Source of the DNA: a virus
Taxonomy: Duplodnaviria; Caudoviricetes
DNA length: 24,106 nt
Strand: one strand, 5' to 3'
Virus record (IMG/VR): IMGVR_UViG_3300020044_000617
Span: 1-24,106 of that record
Shown in pieces: positions 8,516-18,200 of this stretch. The position numbers were made by a program, and so were the translations under genes. Numbering within the stretch: the first letter of the stretch is position 1; the number at the start of each line of letters is the position of its first letter. The notes under the pieces are model-generated. The model saw only the letters and a list, made by a program, of their open reading frames with translations, ran no database searches and was not told the origin of the DNA.

Positions 8516-11371
8516 ATGCCATGGATTGATTCAGGCCCGCTGATTGGCCCAACAGGTATGAGTGGCCCAACAGGGGCTACTGGCGCATCAGGTGGTGCGG
8601 GAACTACTGGACCGACAGGACCTACGGGCGCGGATTCAACCGTGGCAGGTCCTACGGGCGCAACGGGTAGCGCAGGGGCAACAGGCCCGACAGGGGCGCA
8701 ATCTACCGTGGCAGGCCCTACAGGGCCAACAGGCACACAGGGCGCACAAGGTAACTTAGGCCCAACTGGCGCACAAGGCATCCAAGGCGAACAAGGCGTG
8801 CAAGGCGTGGCAGGGCCGACAGGCACGCAAGGCATACAGGGCGTGACTGGACCAACAGGGGCGGCATCTACGGTGGCAGGCCCAACGGGCGCTAGTGGCC
8901 CAACTGGCGCACAAGGCGCACAGGGAAGCGCAGGGCCGACAGGCGCACAAGGTATTCAGGGCGAACAAGGCGTACAGGGTAATGTTGGCCCAACAGGCGT
9001 TAGCGGTGCGACTGGCCCGACTGGCGCACAAGGTCAAGGCATTGTGGTTAAGGGCGCAGTAGCTACCGTTGGTGATTTGCCCGCTACTGGCAACACCGAT
9101 GGCGATGCGTACATTGTTTCTTCTATTGGTCACTTGTATGTTTGGAATGGCACAACGTGGGTTGATGGTGGACAAATCGTAGGCCCAACTGGCGGCACAG
9201 GTCCGACAGGTCCTACGGGCGGCACGGGCGCACAAGGCGTGACAGGTCCTACGGGCGTTCAGGGCAATGTTGGCCCAACGGGCGCAACGGGCGTGGCAGG
9301 TCCTACGGGAACACAAGGCGGGGTAGGCCCAACGGGCGGTGTCGGCCCAACAGGTGCGCAAGGCACGCAAGGCGTGGCAGGCCCAACGGGAAGCGTTGGC
9401 CCAACGGGCGCGGTTGGCCCTACAGGCGCACAAGGTGAACAAGGCGTTCAGGGTGTGGCAGGCCCGACAGGCTCGCAAGGCGGACAGGGCGTAATTGGAA
9501 ATACTGGCCCAACTGGTGAACAAGGTGTGCAAGGTGTTACAGGCCCGACAGGTCCGACTGGCGCACAGGGCAATATTGGCGTGACAGGGCCTACGGGCGC
9601 TACGGGCGCAAGTGGTGATAAATACCTAACAACAAGCACAACAAGCAATACAGTTTCTAACGGTGAAAAATCATTTACCGTTGGTACAGGCTTGGCTTAT
9701 AGCGAAGCGCAAAACATCATCGTTAGTTACAACGGCGATACCACAACGCATTTACACGGTGCGGTTATTTCGTATAACAGCGGTACGGGTGTTTTGGTTG
9801 TTGACATTGCAAACCACACGGGTTCAGGCACATTTGCAGATTGGACTGTTAACCTTGATGGTGCGCAGGGTGTGCAAGGCCCGACAGGCCCAACGGGTGC
9901 GGCAAGTACCGTAGCAGGCCCGACAGGCGCAACTGGCGCTACTGGCGATGTTGGCGTGACTGGTCCAACAGGCGCACAAGGCAATGCAGGCCCTACTGGC
10001 GCACAAGGCCCGCAGGGCATACAAGGCGTTCAGGGCGAACAAGGAATTGCAGGGCCTACGGGCGCGGCAGGTCCTACGGGCGCACAGGGCGCGGTTGGCC
10101 CGACTGGTGTACAGGGTCAACAAGGCGTGGCAGGCCCTACGGGCGCACAAGGCGAACAGGGCATCCAAGGCGTAACAGGCCCAACGGGGGCGCAAGGCAA
10201 TGCAGGCCCAACTGGCCCGACAGGCTCACAGGGTGCGCAGGGCGATGTTGGCCCAACAGGGGCGCAAGGCGAACAGGGCGTGGCAGGTCCGACAGGGGCG
10301 CAGGGTGCGCAAGGCGTAACAGGACCTACGGGCGCACAAGGCAATGTCGGCCCAACAGGGGCGCAAGGCGTTCAGGGCGATGTCGGACCGACAGGCACGC
10401 AGGGCATACAAGGTGAACAGGGCATACAGGGTGTTGCAGGCCCGACTGGCCCACAAGGCACAGCGGGAACTAACGGGGCGACAGGCCCAACGGGCGCTAC
10501 GGGTGCGGATAGCACGGTGGCAGGCCCGACAGGTCCGACAGGCGCGGCAAGCACCGTTGCAGGCCCAACTGGCGAACAAGGTATTCAAGGCGTACAAGGT
10601 ATTCAGGGCGTTGCAGGGCCTACGGGCGCAAGCGGTGCGACAGGGCCTACGGGCGCGGATAGCACGGTTGCAGGGCCGACAGGACCTACGGGCGCGGCGG
10701 GTAGTGGTAGCGTAGCCACACCAACCGCAGTAGGAACTGTTTACGGTGAAACCAACAACGCAACAGCGTTTGAAACATTCTTGGGCTATCAAGCGGGTAA
10801 TGTATCGACTGGTGTAAACAATACTTTTATTGGCTATCAGGCGGGACTTACTACGACATCAGGCGCTAATAACATTGTTATTGGTTCAGGTGCAAACGCA
10901 TCTAGTGCAACAGCGTCTAATGAAGTAACGATTGGTGCAACATCAATTCTTTCAACGCGTTTGCGTGGTGTTGTTGAACACAACATGGCTATTTTTGAGC
11001 AAGCAACAGTTTCTGCAACCGCGGCGACTGGCACGATTGCTTATTACATTCGTAGCCAATCAGTTTTGTATTACACATCTAGCGCATCCGCTAACTGGAC
11101 TGTTAACTTAACTGGTGCATCGGGCGTGACTTTGGATAGCATCATGCAAACAGGTCAATCATTGACTGTTGCGTTCTTGGTAACACAAGGTTCTACTGCT
11201 TACTACAACAGCGCGGTTCAAGTTGACGGTTCATCGGTTACACCGAAGTACCAAGGCGGTACTGCATGGAGTTCGGGAAATGCAAGTGGCATTGACACTT
11301 ACGTTTACACCGTTGTCAAAACTGGTAGCGCGGCGTTTACAGTATTAGCTTCACAAACACAATTTAAGTAA
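8516..11371 (+). CDS. Long collagen-like (Gly-Pro-Thr rich) tail fibre protein
   Basis: 951 aa; GGAG RBS at 8504-8507. Three long (Gly-X-Y)n segments ([12 protein letters not shown]) are separated by two small globular domains, followed by short FxGYQAG repeats and a C-terminal beta domain. Confidence 0.9.
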   Translation: MPWIDSGPLIGPTGMSGPTGATGASGGAGTTGPTGPTGADSTVAGPTGATGSAGATGPTGAQSTVAGPTGPTGTQGAQGNLGPTGAQGIQGEQGVQGVAGPTGTQGIQGVTGPTGAASTVAGPTGASGPTGAQGAQGSAGPTGAQGIQGEQGVQGNVGPTGVSGATGPTGAQGQGIVVKGAVATVGDLPATGNTDGDAYIVSSIGHLYVWNGTTWVDGGQIVGPTGGTGPTGPTGGTGAQGVTGPTGVQGNVGPTGATGVAGPTGTQGGVGPTGGVGPTGAQGTQGVAGPTGSVGPTGAVGPTGAQGEQGVQGVAGPTGSQGGQGVIGNTGPTGEQGVQGVTGPTGPTGAQGNIGVTGPTGATGASGDKYLTTSTTSNTVSNGEKSFTVGTGLAYSEAQNIIVSYNGDTTTHLHGAVISYNSGTGVLVVDIANHTGSGTFADWTVNLDGAQGVQGPTGPTGAASTVAGPTGATGATGDVGVTGPTGAQGNAGPTGAQGPQGIQGVQGEQGIAGPTGAAGPTGAQGAVGPTGVQGQQGVAGPTGAQGEQGIQGVTGPTGAQGNAGPTGPTGSQGAQGDVGPTGAQGEQGVAGPTGAQGAQGVTGPTGAQGNVGPTGAQGVQGDVGPTGTQGIQGEQGIQGVAGPTGPQGTAGTNGATGPTGATGADSTVAGPTGPTGAASTVAGPTGEQGIQGVQGIQGVAGPTGASGATGPTGADSTVAGPTGPTGAAGSGSVATPTAVGTVYGETNNATAFETFLGYQAGNVSTGVNNTFIGYQAGLTTTSGANNIVIGSGANASSATASNEVTIGATSILSTRLRGVVEHNMAIFEQATVSATAATGTIAYYIRSQSVLYYTSSASANWTVNLTGASGVTLDSIMQTGQSLTVAFLVTQGSTAYYNSAVQVDGSSVTPKYQGGTAWSSGNASGIDTYVYTVVKTGSAAFTVLASQTQFK

Positions 11372-11379
11372 GGATTGTT

Positions 11380-14300
11380 ATGCCGATTATTGGTTCACTT
11401 GGCGCGGCGGCCTCGCGTGGCTTTGGTCAATTCTTGCAAAAGATTACAGCGGTTTTAAATACCGATGCGTTCTTTAAATATGTAACATTGTTGTTGACGG
11501 GCAACCCCCCGACTTCAACATTTGTTACGGATGCAAGCACCAATAATTTGCAAGTGACAATTAACGGCAATACAACGCCTAGTGGCTTTAGCCCTAATGA
11601 GGGCGGCTACTACAGCAATTACTTTATTGCGGGAACTGACTACATAAACGCACCTAGTGAAATTGCTTTAACTGGCGACTACACAATTGAAACTTGGTTT
11701 AGTTTGGTCAATGCACAAACTAGTTATCAAATGATATGTGGGCAATCTGTTAGTGGCGGGGGTCAATACATTTCTATAAACGCGGCGGGCATTGAGTTTT
11801 TTTTAGGGGGCGGTGATGTGCCTCGTATTTACTATACCTTTGCCACTAACACTTGGTATCATTTTGCAATTGTTCGTTCAGGAACTACTGTTAGCGCTTA
11901 CATAAATGGCGTTTCGCAATCAGTTACTTCACCTACCCAATCAGCAACTGTGTATATGAAGTACATTGGGGCGGGATATTCAACTGCTTTCCCGATTGGC
12001 GGGTATATGTCAAACTTTAGAATAGTAAACGGCACAGCGGTTTACACATCTAACTTTACGCCATCTACTACACCGCTAACAGCAATTACAAACACCGCAT
12101 TGTTAACTTGCCAAAGTAATCGCTTCATTGATAACAGCACAAACGCATTGGCAATTACTGCTAACGGAAATGCAACTGTAAATTCATTGCAACCATTCAC
12201 ACCTAACCCAAGTTTTGCAACTTATGGTTCTACAGTTTTTACTGGAAGCAATTATTTACAAACAACTAATTCAGTAATCCCAACAGGATATATAACATCT
12301 ACTAGCACTTTGACAATTGAAGCATGGATATATCAAACGCAACGACAAACTTATGCTAATGCTTGTATGCTTGGCGACATGGGCGCTAGTGGTAGTTTAT
12401 ATTGGGGATTTGGTCCTACTCCAAGTGGGAACTTATCTTTTTATTGGTATTCAAGCGGTAGTTATTCAGCAACTGGCAATACTGTTATTCCATTAAATAC
12501 ATGGACTCACATTGCAGTATCTATTAGTTCAGGTGCAATCAAATTATTTGTAAATGGTGTTTTACAAACAATAACTGGAACTTCAACATTAACAAATCAA
12601 ACTGGAACTTATAACTATTTACAGATTGGTTCATTCTATACAGGCGGTTCAGGATATGGTTATTTTGGCAACATCAGTAACTTGCGATTTATTAGTGGTA
12701 CAGCACTTTACACAACCGACTTTACACCGCCCACAACACAACTAACAGCGGTTACAAATACATCTTTACTGACTTGCCAAACAAATCAACCAATAAACAA
12801 CAATGTATTCTTGGACAGCAGTTCAAGCAATCTTGCAATTACTCGCGCAGGGAATACAACGCAAGGTTCGTTAAACCCTTATGGCGGCAACTGGTCTGTT
12901 GAAACTGGCAATGGTGTTTATTTAACTGTTCCATCTAATGCGGCATTGCGTTTAACTGGCGCTTTTACAATTGAAGCATGGATATATCCGACTACTGTTA
13001 GCAACAACATAATTGTTGGTAGTGATGCGGGTGCAAATTCAGATTTCTTTGGTATAACCACAAATAGAATTCAAATTGGAATTGCCAATGGAACTTATCC
13101 AACTTGGGCAACTTCATTTGTTCCGAACACTTGGTATCATGTTGCATTAACTAGAAGTTCTGGTTTCTTAAGAGCATTTGTAAATGGTACGCAACTAACT
13201 TTAGCAAGTGGAAGCGCAAACAATACTGGACAAATGCTTCAAACTGCGGCACTATTTATTGGTAGATATGGTTACACCGTAAGCCAAGCGCCTTTCTACG
13301 GCAACATTTCTAACTTGCGAATCCTTAAAGACACAGCACTTTACACGGCTAGTTTTACCCCGCCAACAGCACCGCTAACTGCTATTACAAATACATCGTT
13401 GTTGACTTGCCAATCAAATAGATTTGTTGATAACAGTCTAAACAATTTTACTATTACTGGTACGCAAAATCCAAAGGCACAACGCTTTAGCCCTTTCTCG
13501 CCAATTCTTTCTACGCCTACTTCATACAGTAATTACTTTAATGGAACTAATAATTTAAATGTTCCTAATAATTCTGCATTTGCTTATGGAACGGGCGATT
13601 TCACAATTGAAGCATGGGTTTATCATACAAATTCAGGTTCGTATGCGGGGTATTCTTACGGTGGTAATTCTGGATTGGTTTTAAGAAGAACTGACTCAAA
13701 TACACTTGAAATTTCACAGGATGGTGTTGCAAGTATTGCTATTTCAAGTGGAACAATCGCCAGTAATCAATGGGTTCATGTTGCGGGAACTAGAAGCGGC
13801 TCAACTGTTCGTTTATTTATTGATGGCGTTTTAAATGCTACTGTTACTTATTCAGGTAACTTTTCACCAACAACAGGTGGAACAATTGGTTCTATCATTA
13901 ATGTTGCGGGTTTTTACATGACAGGTTACATTTCTAATTTAAGAATTGTAAAAGGCACAGCACTTTATACCGCTTCATTTACACCGCCCACAACATCACT
14001 AACAGCAGTCAGCGGCACATCGTTGTTAACTTGCCAATCGCCAACAATCATTGATAACAGCACAAACAATTTTGCAATTACTGCTAATGGAAGTGTTGCC
14101 GCCCGTACACAAAACCCATTTGGAGTTACTAACACCGATGCGCCATATACACCCGCGACTTATGGTGGGTCTATGTACTTTGATGGGACTGGTGATTATT
14201 TAACTAGTGCTTCAAGCGCAGTAATGAATTTTGGAACTAATAGTTTTACCGTAGAGTTTTGGGCATATTGGTCAACACACGCTAGTTACGCAGGTTTTAT

Positions 14301-15279
14301 TTCTACAGCGGGCGGCGCATCAGGACAATTGCAAATAATATTTAACGCTTCAACAAATATTCTTAGAATTGACATTGGTGGTTCACAATGGATTACTACT
14401 TATTCAATAAACCCAAATGTATGGACGCATCTAGCATTAGTTCGTTCAGGTTCTGCAATTACTTTATATGCAAATGGCGTGTCCGTTGAAACTGCAACAA
14501 ATAGTTCTACAGTAGACGCTACAGGTTTGCGTGTAGGTGTAGATAAAGATACTGCAAATTATTACACGGGCTACATTTCTAACTTGCGTTTAGTAAACGG
14601 CACAGCCCTTTACACAGCCGCCTTTGCCCCTCCCGTATCACCATTGCAAGCCGTTACAAACACAACATTGCTTTTATTGGGAAGCAACGGTGCGGTTTAC
14701 GATAGTGCAATGTTCAACGATGCAGAAACACTTGGCGATTCCAAAACTTCTACTGCGCAAAGTAAATTTGGCGGTAGTAGTGTTGCGTTTGATGGTACAG
14801 GCGATTACTTAAAAATATTGCCAAGCAATCGCTATCAATTTCAAGCAAATTACACAATTGAATTTTGGGTTTACTTCAATAGCGTTACAGGAACACAAGA
14901 TATTATTGGCAACTATGTTTCCAATGTGGCGACAGATTGGATTGTTATTATGAGTGCCACAGGAATTCAATACTATCCTAGTGGTTCATCATCTTATGTG
15001 TATTCAGGTGCAAGTTCTGTAACTGCAAACACTTGGTATCATGTTGCGGCAGTTAGGTCGGGTAGCACTTGTTCGTTATATTTAAATGGCGTATCGGTTG
15101 GCACACCACTAACATTCTCAACAACACTTGGCGACACTACCAAACCGCTGTATATTGGTTCGCGTGGCGGTAGTTCTAATTACTTTAATGGTTACATGGA
15201 TGATTTGCGTATAACCAACGGATATGCCCGTTACACGCAAAACTTTACAGTACCAACACAACCGTTCCCAGTACAATAA
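11380..15279 (+). CDS. Six-domain LamG/concanavalin A-like putative receptor-binding adhesin
   Basis: Six copies of [FYL]T[IV]ExW...WxHxAxxR...[LA][FY]xNG...G[YN][IM]SNLR...TALYT...F.PP; AGGA RBS upstream. Confidence 0.88.
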   Translation: MPIIGSLGAAASRGFGQFLQKITAVLNTDAFFKYVTLLLTGNPPTSTFVTDASTNNLQVTINGNTTPSGFSPNEGGYYSNYFIAGTDYINAPSEIALTGDYTIETWFSLVNAQTSYQMICGQSVSGGGQYISINAAGIEFFLGGGDVPRIYYTFATNTWYHFAIVRSGTTVSAYINGVSQSVTSPTQSATVYMKYIGAGYSTAFPIGGYMSNFRIVNGTAVYTSNFTPSTTPLTAITNTALLTCQSNRFIDNSTNALAITANGNATVNSLQPFTPNPSFATYGSTVFTGSNYLQTTNSVIPTGYITSTSTLTIEAWIYQTQRQTYANACMLGDMGASGSLYWGFGPTPSGNLSFYWYSSGSYSATGNTVIPLNTWTHIAVSISSGAIKLFVNGVLQTITGTSTLTNQTGTYNYLQIGSFYTGGSGYGYFGNISNLRFISGTALYTTDFTPPTTQLTAVTNTSLLTCQTNQPINNNVFLDSSSSNLAITRAGNTTQGSLNPYGGNWSVETGNGVYLTVPSNAALRLTGAFTIEAWIYPTTVSNNIIVGSDAGANSDFFGITTNRIQIGIANGTYPTWATSFVPNTWYHVALTRSSGFLRAFVNGTQLTLASGSANNTGQMLQTAALFIGRYGYTVSQAPFYGNISNLRILKDTALYTASFTPPTAPLTAITNTSLLTCQSNRFVDNSLNNFTITGTQNPKAQRFSPFSPILSTPTSYSNYFNGTNNLNVPNNSAFAYGTGDFTIEAWVYHTNSGSYAGYSYGGNSGLVLRRTDSNTLEISQDGVASIAISSGTIASNQWVHVAGTRSGSTVRLFIDGVLNATVTYSGNFSPTTGGTIGSIINVAGFYMTGYISNLRIVKGTALYTASFTPPTTSLTAVSGTSLLTCQSPTIIDNSTNNFAITANGSVAARTQNPFGVTNTDAPYTPATYGGSMYFDGTGDYLTSASSAVMNFGTNSFTVEFWAYWSTHASYAGFISTAGGASGQLQIIFNASTNILRIDIGGSQWITTYSINPNVWTHLALVRSGSAITLYANGVSVETATNSSTVDATGLRVGVDKDTANYYTGYISNLRLVNGTALYTAAFAPPVSPLQAVTNTTLLLLGSNGAVYDSAMFNDAETLGDSKTSTAQSKFGGSSVAFDGTGDYLKILPSNRYQFQANYTIEFWVYFNSVTGTQDIIGNYVSNVATDWIVIMSATGIQYYPSGSSSYVYSGASSVTANTWYHVAAVRSGSTCSLYLNGVSVGTPLTFSTTLGDTTKPLYIGSRGGSSNYFNGYMDDLRITNGYARYTQNFTVPTQPFPVQ

Positions 15280-15305
15280 AAGACACAATATTAAAGGATA
15301 AGACA

Positions 15306-16904
15306 ATGCCATTTAGCAGTAATTCAGGAAAAGAATTTGTTAAATCACTAAACTTAACGGGTAAAACAATCTTAGATGTTGGCGCGGGTAGCGGCACTTA
15401 TAGAGATATGTTCCCCGCATTAGGGGAACATTGGACAGCCGTAGAAATATGGCAACCCTATGTTGAAAAGTACAACCTAACCGAAAAGTACGATTCCGTA
15501 TTGGTTGAAGATGTTAGGGAATGGTCGCCATCGCAAAGATACGACATTTGTTTTTGTGGTGACATTCTTGAACACATGACGGAAAGCCAAGCGGTTGCCG
15601 TTTTAAAGAAACTACGCGAACATTGCAATACTGTTATTGTTAGCATCCCTTTGGGTCATTACCCACAAGGTGAATACGATGGCAACCCGTATGAAGTTCA
15701 TGTAGAAGATAACTGGAATCACGACAGAATCGTAAACACTTTTGGTAAGCCAAAGAAACATTGCATTGACAATGAAATTGGTGTTTATGTTTATCAACGA
15801 TTAAAAATAGCGGTTTATGCAATCAGCAAGAACGAATCAATGTTTGTTCAGCGCTTTTGCAATTCTGCTAAAAATGCCGACCTAATCTTGATTGCGGATA
15901 CGGGTTCTACTGACAACACCGTTGAATTGGCAATTGAAAGCGGTGCGGTAGTTCACGACATTTGCATTTCGCCTTGGCGTTTTGACAAAGCCCGCGATAC
16001 CGCATTAGCGTTAATCCCGCGTGACATTGACGTTTGTATTTCGCTAGACCTTGATGAAATCTTAGAAGAAGGTTGGCGCGAAGAAATTGAACGCGTGTGG
16101 CAAGAAAACACAACCCGACTGAGATATAAATTTGATTGGGGATGCGGCATTAGTTTCTTCTACGAAAAAATCCATCATCGTCACGGCTACCATTGGCATC
16201 ATCCCGTGCATGAGTACCCCCGACCTGATGGGCGTACCAACGAAATCTACGCGCATACCGATATGTTATTGGTAAGCCATCACCCCGACAACACCAAATC
16301 ACGCGGGCAATATATGCCATTGCTTGAACTGGCGGTTAAAGAAGACCCACATTGTCCTCGTAATGCTTTCTATCATGCACGGGAACTAACTTTCTACTAC
16401 CGTTGGCGCGATGCTATCGTGGCGCTAAATAAGTACCTTGCAATGCCTGAAGCAACTTGGCAAAACGAACGGTGCTATGCAATGCGTTTGTTGGGTAAAG
16501 CGCACGATGAATTAGGAATGGCTACCGAAGCGCATAAGTGGTATCGCCTTGCGATTGCTGAAGCGCCTAATACACGCGAACCTTGGTGCGAACTGGCGAT
16601 GTTCTGTTACCGCCGTAGCCTTTGGGTTGAATGTTATTCAGCGGCTAAATCAGCGTTAGAAATCAAAGATAAGGCTTTGGTTTACACAATGAACCCTGAT
16701 GTTTGGGGCGCACAACCTTGGGACTTGGCAAGCATTTCAGCATGGCATCTTGGCCTTAAAGATGAAGCAACACAACTTTTGAAAGAAGCCATAAAATTAG
16801 CGCCTGATGACCAACGATTGAAGAACAATCTTCAGTTTATGGATGCTGATTTTAAAACCTTTGATGTTGTGAACCATGAACGAAACGGATGCCCGACTGA
16901 ATAG
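15306..16904 (+). CDS. Fusion of class I SAM methyltransferase, GT2 glycosyltransferase and TPR domain
   Basis: ILDVGAGSG (SAM motif I) and GDILEH in the first ~165 aa. Then IAVYAISKNE, DTGSTD, FDKARD and DLDE (DxD) GT-A motifs, followed by helical TPR-like repeats (DPHCPRNAFYHARE, EAPNTREPWCELA, LAPDDQRLKNN). Confidence 0.9.
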   Translation: MPFSSNSGKEFVKSLNLTGKTILDVGAGSGTYRDMFPALGEHWTAVEIWQPYVEKYNLTEKYDSVLVEDVREWSPSQRYDICFCGDILEHMTESQAVAVLKKLREHCNTVIVSIPLGHYPQGEYDGNPYEVHVEDNWNHDRIVNTFGKPKKHCIDNEIGVYVYQRLKIAVYAISKNESMFVQRFCNSAKNADLILIADTGSTDNTVELAIESGAVVHDICISPWRFDKARDTALALIPRDIDVCISLDLDEILEEGWREEIERVWQENTTRLRYKFDWGCGISFFYEKIHHRHGYHWHHPVHEYPRPDGRTNEIYAHTDMLLVSHHPDNTKSRGQYMPLLELAVKEDPHCPRNAFYHARELTFYYRWRDAIVALNKYLAMPEATWQNERCYAMRLLGKAHDELGMATEAHKWYRLAIAEAPNTREPWCELAMFCYRRSLWVECYSAAKSALEIKDKALVYTMNPDVWGAQPWDLASISAWHLGLKDEATQLLKEAIKLAPDDQRLKNNLQFMDADFKTFDVVNHERNGCPTE

Positions 16905-17040
16905 CCATGAAGCCGTATGCGCGTTGCGTTATGAGCAAATCAACGCTCGTTTAAAAAGGTTAGAAGGCATCTTAATTAAAACCGCGGGCATCATGTTGGT
17001 GTCAATGGCGGGCGTAATTTGGGCATCATTGCTTAAATAA
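16876..17040 (+). CDS. Small membrane-anchored coiled-coil protein (not in ORF track)
   Basis: 54 aa MNETDARLNSHEAVCALRYEQINARLKRLEGILIKTAGIMLVSMAGVIWASLLK. It has a C-terminal TM helix and fills the gap between neighbours exactly. Confidence 0.75.
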   Translation: MNETDARLNSHEAVCALRYEQINARLKRLEGILIKTAGIMLVSMAGVIWASLLK

Positions 17041-17041
17041 A

Positions 17042-17536
17042 ATGATAGACCCGATAACCGCACTAGAAGGGCTAGAGAAAGCCGTAAGCCTTGTTAAAAA
17101 GGCGCAAGCGGTAGCCAAAGATATAGGCGGCTTATCGGTGATGGTTGGGCGTTTGTTTGACGCAGAAAGCCAAGCCACAAAAAGCATGATTGCCGCCAAG
17201 CGCAACGGCGGGAAATCCAATTTTGAAATTGCGATGCGTATAGAAAACGCATTGATGAATAGCCGCAATCTGCAAAATCAACTTCAATTGCTTTATATGC
17301 AGACGGGAAATATTGACGTTTACAACAAGATGATGGCGCGTAAACTTGAAATGGATAGGGACGATGCCATTGAAGCGCGTAAGTTAAAAGAAGAAGAAAA
17401 GAAACGCAAAGAAGCTGAAGCCGAACAAATGGCGTGGGCTATTGGCATTGTTGTAATTGTTATGTTTTTAGGCGCAGTAGGTTGGGGTATTGCTGAGATA
17501 CAAACCATGTGCGCTAAGACGGGTTGCGGTCGGTGA
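17042..17536 (+). CDS. Hypothetical coiled-coil protein with C-terminal transmembrane helix
   Basis: 164 aa; hydrophobic AWAIGIVVIVMFLGAVGWGIA near the C-terminus. Confidence 0.75.
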   Translation: MIDPITALEGLEKAVSLVKKAQAVAKDIGGLSVMVGRLFDAESQATKSMIAAKRNGGKSNFEIAMRIENALMNSRNLQNQLQLLYMQTGNIDVYNKMMARKLEMDRDDAIEARKLKEEEKKRKEAEAEQMAWAIGIVVIVMFLGAVGWGIAEIQTMCAKTGCGR

Positions 17537-17685
17537 ATGAGTACCAAAAACAGTTTGACCAATGGCTAAAAATATTTGTGCGAATGTGTATCGCATATTA
17601 TGTGCTTGGCCTACTTCAGCGATTGCCCGATGAATTGGCTTCAAAAATTGTAGATAAACTTCTTGGAATGATTGGACTTGGATAA
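17533..17685 (+). CDS. Small hypothetical membrane-associated protein (not in ORF track)
   Basis: GTG start overlaps the previous TGA; 50 aa MNEYQKQFDQWLKIFVRMCIAYYVLGLLQRLPDELASKIVDKLLGMIGLG; its TAA overlaps the next ATG. Confidence 0.65.
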   Translation: MNEYQKQFDQWLKIFVRMCIAYYVLGLLQRLPDELASKIVDKLLGMIGLG

Positions 17686-18200
17686 TGCTAACTTTACTTT
17701 CAACCCTTATTTCTTTTCTTATGGGCGGCATACCCAAGTTCTTGGAATTTTTCCAAGATAGGGCAGATAAAGCGCATGAACTGCAACTAGCCCGTTTACA
17801 AATTGAACGCGAATTAGAAATGCGTAAGTTGGGCTACGAAGCACAAGAACGCGTGGAACACATCCGTAGCGAACAATTAGAAATGGAAACCACTAGCAAC
17901 ATTAAGCAAGCGGTTATAGGCGCACAGCAAGCCGAAATGCAAGCCATCTACGCGCACGATACCGCAATGAATGAGGGTACATCGCAATGGATGCGAAACC
18001 TACGCGCATCGGTTCGCCCCGTCATTACCTACGGTTTCTTTTTCTTGTTGTTGTTTGTTGATATTGGTTTGTTTGTTTACGGTTGGCATCAAGGCACAGG
18101 TTTTGTAGAACTTGCTGAAATGCTTTGGGATTCTGATACGCAAGCATTGTTTGCAAGCATTATTGCTTTCCACTTTGGTGGTCGGGCGTTTGGAAAATGA
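17685..18200 (+). CDS. Putative holin (GTA-type 3TM holin-like)
   Basis: N-terminal hydrophobic segment, coiled coil, W...VRPVITY plus TM helix, C-terminal FHFGGRAFGK; directly upstream of the endolysin. Confidence 0.65.
   Translation: MLTLLSTLISFLMGGIPKFLEFFQDRADKAHELQLARLQIERELEMRKLGYEAQERVEHIRSEQLEMETTSNIKQAVIGAQQAEMQAIYAHDTAMNEGTSQWMRNLRASVRPVITYGFFFLLLFVDIGLFVYGWHQGTGFVELAEMLWDSDTQALFASIIAFHFGGRAFGK

Noticed and set aside
8491-11034. Many antisense and alternate-frame ORFs over the collagen gene (also 4513-4887 and 5479-6000)
   Set aside because: They are shadow ORFs caused by repetitive, stop-poor Gly-X-Y codons, with no RBS or independent protein features.
15306-15800. DNA methyltransferase
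   Set aside because: It lacks DPPY/NPPY or PC catalytic motifs; the DxLEH motif and GT fusion fit a small-molecule or sugar methyltransferase.
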